Below, piece by piece: positions 25,836 through 35,815 of a DNA stretch of 64,000 nt. Every line of letters begins with the position of its first letter. Position 1 is the first letter of the stretch. The position numbers and the translations under genes are program-made. This stretch comes from Podarcis erhardii. Taxonomy: Eukaryota. The stretch lies in assembly GCA_964252035.1 (NCBI GenBank), contig OZ176214.1; one strand, written 5' to 3'. Under the pieces are notes generated by a model. It made no database searches, was not told the DNA's origin, and saw only the letters and a list, made by a program, of their open reading frames with translations.

Positions 25836-26595
25836 CCGGGGTCAGCAAACATTTTCATCAGGGGGCTGGTCCACTGTCCCTCAGACCTTGTGGAGGGCTG
25901 GACTATATTTTGAAAAATATAAATACCTTGCAAGCCGGTCCCACAGCTGCCTCCGGATCTGGAGGAGGAACGCACTCTGCACACACTCAGGAGCACGTCT
26001 TGGAACCACCTGCTCACTGGTTGTTGATGAGCAGCAGCCGCTCCATTGGAACGTCCCCGTGGAGCTCCCAGGTGGCATGCACCATAGACTGCGGCCCATC
26101 ATCCAAGGCCAGGTCGGCGGGCAGGCCACGCACATGGAGCACCAGGAAGGCAGCACACAGCTCACCCTCCAGCTGCTCCAGTGCAGCCACCGAGCGCGCC
26201 ACCAGCAGCAGCGCCGAGCCAAGTGCCAGGCTCAGGGCCAGCAGACACGCCAAGCTCCAGTTGAAGCCCCACGATACGCCCGTCATGATGACCATGGCGT
26301 GGCCCAGACCCGCCGCCCGCCCGCTCACCTCTCCATCCATGGCCGCACCAGGTTTACCTCAGCCGCGGGTGGCGAGGCTTCGGATTGGCTGCAGGAAGTT
26401 CCTGCAGCCAATCCAAAGCTGTGCCAGCGTCGCTGCCCGCCCATAAGCCATGCCAGCATCGCGGAAGTCATTCCCCGTGCGGTGAGGTGTCTGCAGCATA
26501 TGGGGACTGACTGAGCGGACGACAAGGTCCGTGGGCCGGATTTAAGAGCCTGGAGGGCTGCATCCAGCCCCCGGGCCTTAGTTTGCCGACCCCTG
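25836..26595. mobile_element. Non-autonomous hAT element (760 bp) carrying a captured host-gene fragment
   Basis: TIRs CCGGGGTCAGCAAAC / GTTTGCCGACCCCTG. Perfect 8-bp TSD GTCTAGTA at 25828-35 and 26596-603. GC/CpG-rich interior. Confidence 0.92.
26014..26340 (-). pseudogene. SPR: Captured sepiapterin reductase exon 1 (decayed)
   Basis: GLGHAMVIMTGVSWGFNWSLACLLA...ARSVAALEQLEGEL...PADL...ERLLLINN aligns without gaps to recalled human SPR [25 protein letters not shown]...ARNDEALRQLEAEL...PADL...QRLLLINN, with 47/97 identities by hand count. Kozak context GCCATGG. Confidence 0.9.
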
Positions 26596-28697
26596 GTCTA
26601 GTACAGAGGAAGGATGCCACGCCTCTGTCACTTTAAGCATTTCACCATCTGCAAAACATATGAACTGGAACATAGACCCATTTGTTTGCATCAAGCTTCC
26701 CCAGCCTGATGCCCTACATGTGTTTTGGGCTCCAGTTTCCATCAGCCCCAGTGAACAGCTTGGCAAATGACCAGTGATGATGGGAGGTCTAGTTGAAAAC
26801 ATATTTATGGCACTAGACTGGAGATGGTGGCTTGCATAAAAGTTGGTTGAAGTACACTGGGTAGATATTTCACTCTTTTGGCCAACTTCTTGGAAACACT
26901 CAGGAGGCAGGCCCATGTTTGATTCACTGAGAAGCATATTCCTTTGATGCATGAATACTGGTGGAAGCCACATCAATCTTCCTTTGACTCTTATATCATG
27001 ACCTGCTTCTTTACTTTTCATATAAAAATATATTATAAAGCAAAGCAAAGAACCAGTGGGTAGTCTCTGCCTTCTGTCCTGTATCTATTTGCTCTCTGGC
27101 GAGTATGGAAAGAAAACCTCTTGGGATTATCTGGTGTGAAGCAGATCTCTTTTAGAGTCATATTCTTAACCCAGTGAAGAGAATTACAGAACTTTGAAAC
27201 AACTGCTTCAAAAAAGTTTTTGCTTCTTCACATGAGCGCCTGTCTTGTTGCAATCAATTTTTAAAGCCCCCCCCTCAAAAGAAACCCAAGAGTCCTTTAT
27301 CAGTGATTGAAAGAGATTCAATTTGGCCTCGTCTAATTCCTTATCTAATTATTTGATGTGCCGTGCAGCTTGAAAGCTAATTGACATTGTGTCATTTTCA
27401 GTTTCTTACAACAGATGCACAGACAAGCCGCCCTTCCCATTTTGGCATCTTCCTTGAGTCACTTTGCTGGAGAAATAAGTAATCTAAATTTAATTGAGTG
27501 CATTATTGCCAGGACTATGAGACCTTTGCACACTATTAGTATAGACACGAATGTAACGAATCGTTTCCCTCCTGAGGATTTAGCAGAGGTGCAAGTGGGA
27601 CCAGAGGGTTTTCCAGTACAGTAAATCCCTTCCTTTTCTTGAAAGGAAATTAATATCTGTTTGGAATATCTACTAAGCCACAGCACATAATTTCATTACT
27701 TATGGAATTACAATTCTTAACCTGATATCAATCTGAAGGCTCAGGGCAGGTAATAATATTTTAAAACACTTAAAGCGGGGTGCGGTGGGGGGGATGGACA
27801 TCATTGAAATGTGAAATACATGAAATTTTATATGGGAACTTTATCTTCCAGACTGAAGGCTGCATTGTTTCATGGGTAACTTTCATGACCCACACACCCG
27901 CCAACATTTCTCCAATGAAAATAGGGATGGCCTATTCCATAATCATTATTTTACTATTTATACCACATGCATATGACTGGGTTGCCCCAGCCACTCTGGG
28001 GGACCTCCAACATATATAAAAACATAATAAAACATTATGGTAGGAGAGGGAAGGCCAGTTACAAGACTTCAGCTAGATTGGAGGGGAGGGGAACTGGAGG
28101 AGATAAGGGTTGTGGAGGAAAATTGAACAGGCCTGAATACCTAGGCCTTTAGGGGATGCCACACAGAGAAAGGAGGTTTAGCCCTCACTCTTTTGCAGGA
28201 GGCTGTCTTCAGGTTCTCTCCCTAAGCCCCATTGGGTGGAGGCAAAAATAAGTAGCTGCATCCCAGGTTGAGGCAGCATTGGACACCTCCACTGAAATTG
28301 CAACAGTAATGGTAGCCTCTGAATCATCACAGAGTCAGTAAATTTTATCCTCAACATGGTGGGCCAGATGATCACAGCAGTCTTCCATTGCCCCCAGATG
28401 CTTGCCTTGACCAGCAGCTAAGAACAAGTTTCAAACAACCAGCAAAACCTCTGCTGGGTGCTATTACTTGAGGATGCAGCAGACGCAGAAAAACAGGACT
28501 TCTTTGCTGCATTTATTGTCACATGATAGGTGCAATTATGTGCTTTAACCAAGGCTTAGTCACCTTGGAACAGGAACCTATGCCACTTGAGCTCTAGTGA
28601 CCACCTAGCCTACTTCATTGGCCATAGTTCATTAGAATTTCAGGGAGCATTGCAGGCCTTGCAGCATCAGAGACCACACTCAGGAATTGATCAACAG

Positions 28698-28772
28698 AGA
28701 TTCCTGTATTACAGGGGGTTGGACTAGATGAACCTTGAAGTCCCTTCCAACTCTACAATTCTATGATTTTAT
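28698..28772 (+). mobile_element. CR1 3'-terminal fragment
   Basis: GGGTTGGACTAGATGAACCTTGAAGTCCCTTCCAACTCTACAATTCTATGATT is the CR1 terminal motif. Confidence 0.8.
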
Positions 28773-30189
28773 TAATTCAACAGCCCTTCTCAACTCACCA
28801 TTACACAATGAGACAAGAGCCTTGTTCGGATTACCTGTTCCTATCCACTGGAAAGTCCTCCAGAGCATTCAGGAATCCACCAAGAACCATAAATAAAATA
28901 TCAGTACCCTCCACCCTTTGGCTTTTGTTCACAAATACTTTCTTCTATTCCAAGTATGTGCATTTACAGATAGATATGAACAAGAATCCTGTCTGAAACC
29001 CAGGAGAGCCTGTACAAGTTCAGTGTCGGCAATACTGAGCCAGAAGGACCAGTGTTTCGATTAAGGCAGAATTTTAATTTGCAATGTCTGAATTCATTTA
29101 ACTGGGCCATGGAGTCTTGGAAAATGCAGTTTCTATGCATCCCAACAAATCTTACAAGGTCTCTGCTGTCACCAGCCAATCCTCCCTGCTTCAGGTTCTT
29201 TCCTCTTCCTTTAGAAGGGTAAAATTTGCTTTGGAAGACGAGACTGTCAGAAAGGGATGAGTTCCCCCAGGGTGGAACATATTTGAGTTTTCTTAGAGAA
29301 ATGCCATGAGTTTCCCCAAAGGTTCTCTGTTCTGGAAAAAAAAGGCTAATTATGAACAGAGCTGGGTGTAAGAAAGAGCTTACTGGAGCACCAAATATTT
29401 AGTCTTAACTCCAGGTAAGTGATTTCTGTAGGAGTGGATCGAGAAGAACCACACACTCCAGTTCACAGGCGACCCACAAAGGCTTGCATCACATATATTG
29501 TGACGCACCCACAAAGCCCTTGAAAACAGAAGATGCCTTCATGGAAGGAACCACAGTGCCCATCATCTTCGATCATCAGCCATGCTGGCTGGGACATCTG
29601 GAAAACCACAGGTTCCCCATTCCTGCCTCATGATGTCATTTAAGGAGCAGGTTTGTTGAGATGAATTGAAAAGATCTTTCAGGTTGAGAAGTCTGTATGC
29701 CAAGGGTGGGGAACTTGTGGACCTCAGAAAGTGCCAAACTACAACCACCCTGAACATTGGCCACGTTAGCTGGGGCTGATGGGAACTTTCCCATCTGGGG
29801 AGCCACACGTTCCTCACTTCTACTGTAGCTGCACTAGAAAATGCAGGATCAGATTCACTAGAAAATGCAGGATGAGACAACCTAAAGAAACTAGCACAGT
29901 TAGAGGGAAGCAGCAATATAATAAGTGCCAACAGAGCACTACATAAGGTGTGTAGAAGCTTTAGATCTTCAGGTGCTGCTGAACTAATATTCCCACCAGC
30001 CCCAGCAAACATGGCCAAGAGCTAGGAGTGATGGAAGTTGTAGTTCAGCAACATCTGAAGGGCTATAAGTCCTCTTTACATGAGGTTCAAGCAAGCCTGT
30101 CCACATGATCCTAGGAGGGAGGAGAAAATGGAAGCTGGAATTTTCTATATTAGGTGGAATAGCCCAAAGGCTTTTGGGAATATAAGTAC

Positions 30190-30487
30190 ATACCTTCCAA
30201 CATTTCTCTGATGAAAACAGGGATGTCCCATTCCATAATAATAATTTTACTATTTATACCCCACACAACTTAATAAAACATTAAACATTAAAAAAACACT
30301 CTTCCCTATATAGGATTGCTTTCAGACAACTTGGAGGTTGGGTAATTCCATAACCTCCCATCATTTCTCCAATGAAAATAGGGACATCCTAAGGAAAAGT
30401 GAGACATTCTGGGATCAAATCAGAAACCGGGACAGCTTCTCTAAATCAGGGATGTCCCTGGAAAATAGGGACACTTGGAAGGTCGGT
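30190..30487. mobile_element. hAT-like MITE
   Basis: Inverted ends ATACCTTCCAACATTTC ... GGGACACTTGGAAGGT with repeated GGGAC motifs. A related fragment lies at about 27890-27960. Confidence 0.55.
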
Positions 30488-32409
30488 AAGTATGCATGGA
30501 AAACTATACCATCTCCATCTGTTTAGACATATAGATAATGAATTGGACACATTGCACATCAATGAATCTGACAATTTAGAGGCTATGGGTCAGAACACAG
30601 GAGCCTTTAGCATGGAAGGAAATTAGCTGCAAAGTGAGGAAGAGACAAATCACTCCTTGAAGGTAGTAATAATCTACAGCTGAAGTCATTTGGAAAGATA
30701 TATGCTGGATTGTGGTTATTAGACCCTGAAGTCTAATAGCAGAGAAAGGTGAGGGGGAGCTCTTAAAACCCTCAACAATTAATTACAAAGGATCCATGTT
30801 TTACCATTTGGAATTGAGAACAGGTGTGAGAGAATTGTACAAAACACATGCTCTGCCTTTGTGCAATTTAGAACAAGTGATAATTGTTTGAAGACAAGAC
30901 ATATGAGCTAACAGCTCCAATTTCCAGTCTCACTATTTATCTGTCCAATTACGAAAGTGGTTCAAAGGTTGTGAAAGGTGAGTTGCAAAGTTTCTGCCAA
31001 GCCAATTCTCTCTTTGAATCTCGTAATCAAAGAGCTGAGGTGTATGGATGTGGGTGAGGTTTTTGTTGTTATTGTTGCCATGGTGACTGTGTGAGTGATG
31101 TATCATGTCATAATTATGTTATGAGACCACAATTCACCAAATATAGCTCATGCTCCATGTTTCCAAAGAATTTGTGAGCCAGGATGCATACAGGTGCTAG
31201 GGGTATTTTAGGCATTCAGTTTCTGGATGCTAGCTGGCCTGATCTACACCTGCCAGACTTATATGCAGATTAGAATATAGATAATATTATCACCAATATA
31301 TATTTATTTACACTCCACCTTTTTCCCTGATGGGACTCAAGGTGACTTACTGATAAAAACATGAATCTCCAAACACATCGAAATAATATTGGAAAAACAA
31401 TAACTAAACATCATTAAACTTTAATAGAATTAGAATTCTCTCTCGCACACACTGTTTAAAACATATAAACAATTACAATAAAAACAGCATGACACCAGCC
31501 CTTTTCTTAAAAACATTCAGTGCCCAAAAGCCTGCTGGAAGAAGGAGATCTTCACCTGCCAGCAGAAAGACAAGAAGGAAGGAGCAAGTGTAGCTTCTCC
31601 AGGGAGGGAGTTTGAGAGTCTGGGAGCAGCTACTGATGAGGTGCCAGAAAGATTGCCCCATGATAGATTGTGGCGCTGCAAGTTTCTCCAATCCATGTTC
31701 ATGGATGTAATTCATTTTCCATATGTGCTCTCAAACATTTTTTTCCCTGATTAAAAATCAATATAAAATTACCTTCAGAATTTTGCAAGGGTAACTAATG
31801 TGACACCCGTCAGTGCCAGCATACTCACAAGTGCCTCCCAAAAATCCCATAGAAGGCTTTAGTGAATATCTCCTTGCAAACACCCAAGACCGTCTCCCTG
31901 CTGGGCCTTTCCTACACTGAACATGCCCCCTTAAATGTGGCAGGACCCATCCTCCCTTCTGAGTGGAGAAATGCAAATAGTTTCTCTTTCTGAGCAAGTG
32001 TAGTAGCAGCTATATAGGTGCCTTTTCCTCCTAGTAGCAGGTGGCTGATGGGAGGGCATGCGCCTTTTGTGTCCCTGTCTCTAGCAGATGTGACAACCAT
32101 TTTGTGTTATACCTCTCCACCCATCCACCCCACTATTTTGTGACTGGCACTCAGAATCTTAAATAGTCTATTACATACAAATCTAGTGGCTCAGAGGTTC
32201 TAGTTTTACTAAAATAATGTATTTGTTCCATTTTTGAAGTGTTGAAAAGTACACTAAGCATCCTTATCAATGTATTGACTTCCATCCACTTTGGATACAT
32301 TTGGAGTTATCACTCGGTGGTAAAAAGGGCAGCCTGAAGCTGCTGGGGAAACTGTGTACACTAGTCTGAAATATAACTGCATCTCACATTAGTATTCTTA
32401 TGCTTGCAT

Positions 32410-32615
32410 TCTGAGGGCCTTCTCAGTAGTGGCACCCGCCCTGTGGAGCACCCTTCCATCAGATGTCAAGGAAATAAACAACTATTTGACTTTTAGAAGA
32501 CATCTGAAATCAATGCTATTTAGGGAAGTTTTTAATGTTTGATATTTTATTGTATTTTTAATATTATGTTGGAAGCCGCCTAGAGTGCTGGGGAAACCCA
32601 GCCAGACGGGTGGAG

Positions 32616-32661
<46 letters not shown>
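32410..32661 (+). mobile_element. L2 3' fragment, subfamily A
   Basis: Matches the 3' end of 15970-16848 and has a (AAT)n tail at 32618-32661. Confidence 0.88.
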
Positions 32662-33309
32662 TTAAACTTGTGTTAAATTGCAGAAATAATATATGTTTTG
32701 ACATCTTTGGGTCCTTCTTTTCTTGACTTAAAGGATGAAGCTATATACATAAATGTACAGTGAACTCATGATACCCTTAAGCCACACACGCACACATACA
32801 CACACCAGCTTGGTGTTCATTAATAGGTCCATTTATATGCATTTACCATGGCAAAAGGCTTGAAGTTAAAAATAGAATTCTCTCTGCAAGTTTCGAAATA
32901 GTCCCAATTCTATTTGTTACTCGAAGAAATGCAAAGTATACTTACATGTAGGTACAGATTAGCATCAACTGCAATTTCTTTCTACCAGAAGAAATTGAAT
33001 CAGAAGAATAACTAGAAAATAAACACACACTTTCGCTAGACCTTCTGCCTTGAGAGATGTTGGAAATCTAATTATCAGAATGTTAAAGATGTATTTCACT
33101 TAGATATTTCACTTGTGCAAACCTTTCCAAATTCAGATCATAATTTGGTGGCCATGAAGGATGGGTAAGAAATTCAATTCAGTTCATATTTAAAGGAGAA
33201 CTAATTCACATTTTCCAAAACAATATGTGAAATAATAGCCATCCTTTGAAATTCAACTTCTCTGAATTTTTCAATTCCTCCAACTAAGTAATATGTGTAG
33301 GCTTTGACC

Positions 33310-33500
33310 TTTAAAGCCTTGTGTGGCTCAGGACTGCCATTTCCCAAATGAAATGACCTGGACCCTGTGATCATCACCTAAGTGCCTTCATGGTGTGGAT
33401 CCTCCTGGGAGGTCTGGATGGAGGCACACAAGAATGGGTCTTTTCTGTGGTAGCTCTACACTTGTGGAATGCTCTCCCCAAGGAAACTCACCTAATGCTC
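33310..33500 (+). mobile_element. Old L2 3' fragment, interrupted by BovB
   Basis: CTTTAAAGCC...TTTTCTGTGGTAGCTC...TGTGGAATGCTCTCCCC are L2 ORF2-end motifs. Confidence 0.55.
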
Positions 33501-33512
33501 ACTAGATATATT

Positions 33513-33810
33513 TTGTTGTTTAGTCGTTTAGTCGTGTCCGACTCTTCGTGACCCCATGGACCAGAGTACGCCAGGCACTCCTGTCTTCCACTGCCTCCCG
33601 CAGTTTGGTCAAACTCATGCTGGTAGCTTCGAGAACACTATCCAACCATCTCGTCCTCTGTCGTCCCCTTCTCCTTGTGCCCTCAGTCTTTCCCAACATC
33701 AGGGTCTTTTCCAGGGAGTCTTCTCTTCTCATGAGGTGGCCAAAGTATTGGAGTCTCAGTTTCAGGATCTGTCCTTCCAGTGAGCACTCAGGGCTGATTT
33801 CCTTAAGAAT
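33513..33810 (-). mobile_element. RTE-BovB LINE 3' end
   Basis: ORF 33520-33732: MRREDSLEKTLMLGKTEGTRRRGRQRTRWLDSV...AWRTLVHGVTKSRTRLND. Short CAA-type tail. Confidence 0.95.
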
Positions 33811-34829
33811 TTCCTTAACATATATATATAGGAGTCAGAAAAAAAATAAAAATTCTTCGTCACCAGGTCCTTGGCTTTTAATTATCTATGGCCTTCATTA
33901 GATGCTGTAATCCTGCCTTTAAAAAAATATGTATGCATTTTAGATTTTTTTCCCTATGCTTTTTTATGCTGTGTGTTATTTATGGATTATTGTCAGTTGG
34001 ATTGGGATGCAATGGTAAAAAGTAACTAATAAGTTGTATTATAATGATTGCATATGTTAGGATAAAGTGTGCATAAAAATAGCATACTAAAATGTGTCAT
34101 ATTAGGGGAAACTGTGTTGCAAAAACATGTCTATTACACAAAAAATGCATGCCCAAAATGTGTATACAAGGAGAAATTAACACTAAAATATTGAGAACTT
34201 TAAAAAAAAAATATGGATGGGGGTGATGGGAGTTTTAGTTCAACATAATCTGGAGGGCAACACATTGGCGACCCCAGGGATATCCCCTGGATTGTTTTCC
34301 ATTTTTCACAATTCCCATAGTGCCAACTGGGCACTGTGCCATCAGCATTCAGATTACACCTTGTTAGCTAATTTAAAACTAAGATGCACACATATTTTGT
34401 TCTAATCGAGACAAGCTTTGAGAAATTACCGCCAAGAGACGGAGCAGATTTGAAAGGATGAGCACCTGGAAAGTGATGGATGGGAAGCCGAGATAAAGTC
34501 TTGTCCCTGCCTTAATTATCAGAAACTGTCTGATTAGTTTTACTCTTCTCTGACGCAAGGAATAAAATCCAGGTGTCAGACTTTAGCAGTACAATTAGCG
34601 CATGCAAGATTCCAAACATGATTATTAGGCCGTAATAGAGGCGCAGAATAATGGGAGTCAAGCTGATGAAAATATAAGCCCAGGCCTGCTTGCGAGAGGA
34701 ACGTTTGGTAGCGGGAAAGAGAATAGCCATGAGTCTCTTACTCTGCGGTGGCTGGTGCTGGGAAGGCAGGGACCCCAGTGGTAGATGGAACTGGAGTCAA
34801 TGAGAGGCAGAGCCAACTAATACACCCTA

Positions 34830-35227
34830 GTGGTCCTGGGCCCTAAGGAAGTTAGATTAGCTTCAACCAGAGCCAGGGCCTTTTCAACTCTGGCTCCGGC
34901 CTGGTGGGACGCTCTGCCTCATGAGACCAGGGCCCTGCAGGATCTGATTTCTTTCCGCAGGCCTGTAAGACAGAGTTGTTCCGCCTGGCCTTTGGCTTGG
35001 AGCCAATTTGATTCCCTTCCCCTCTTTCTTTTTCCTTTTTCCTATCTCCTCCTGTGATGAGGCTGCATTTTAGTATTTTAATGTTTCAATATTTTAATGT
35101 TGTATTTTAATCTTATTTATAAGTTGTATTCATTCAACTTGTTTTTATTATTGCTTGTTAGCCGCCCTGAGCCCAGCCTTGGCTGGGGAGGGCGGGGTAT
35201 ATATAAAAATTATTATTATTATTATTA
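34830..35227 (+). mobile_element. L2 3' fragment, subfamily B
   Basis: EVRLASTRARAFS...WWDALP.ETRALQDL.SFRR and a terminal GCCGCCCTGAGCCC...GGGAGGGCGGG(ATT)n, shared with 23691-24535. Confidence 0.9.
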
Positions 35228-35369
35228 CTCCTTCCTGAGTTCTACAAGGGCAACTCTGAGACTCAGCAGGAGGAAGCTGGTATGCAGTGACATGCCCTGA
35301 ACAGTGTGTGCTGGACTGACCAGCCTCCACTGCCCATACTGTTACCCCTTTCAAATATCTTCCTCAAGG

Positions 35370-35815
35370 GAATCCGAGACCAGGGAGAAGAATTGGAGGA
35401 GGAGAACTGGAAGAAGTTTAAAGACTATCTGCAAAAGCATTGTAAACTGTATGAATGTTAAGAAAAATGTAAGATCTGTAACATCAAGGCTCTAACAAAT
35501 TAATAACCTTTATGTATAAAAGTCAATGTAATTGAAAAATAAGATAAATTGTGGATAAATGGTATCCTATAATTAACCTTTGACAAAAGAAATCTAAAAG
35601 ATTAAATTTGAGATTTGAATATTGGGAAATTTTAATTAGATAAACTAAATTAAGTTAATAATTTGCTGGTAAAACTTTTGAGTCTAGAGAGTAGGAACAA
35701 GAGGCGTGAGGAAGTCCAAGGATGTCTATGAAATGATGATATCTGAAATTGATATGTTTTTATATATATTTATTGTCAAACAAAATTTAATAAATATTAT
35801 TAAAAAAACAAAAAA
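35370..35815 (+). mobile_element. L1-clade LINE 3' end, 5'-truncated, with 18-bp TSD
   Basis: TSD CAAATATCTTCCTCAAGG at 35352-69 and 35816-33. The 5' part reads IRDQGEELEEENWKKFKDYLQKHCKLYEC*, resembling a lizard L1 ORF2 end. AATAAA and an A-rich tail follow. Confidence 0.8.

Noticed and set aside
26014-26340. Functional SPR gene or processed SPR retrocopy
   Set aside because: No exon 2 or 3, the cofactor motif is broken, there is no poly-A, and the fragment is enclosed by TIRs and an 8-bp TSD.
25826-26514. Two long plus-strand ORFs (206 aa and 208 aa)
   Set aside because: They are antisense shadows of the GC-rich SPR exon (Gln/His/Ala-rich, since CAG mirrors CTG) and run into transposon ends.
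29563-30018. 151-aa ORF
   Set aside because: It is stitched from degenerate MITE copies and a local 18-bp duplication.
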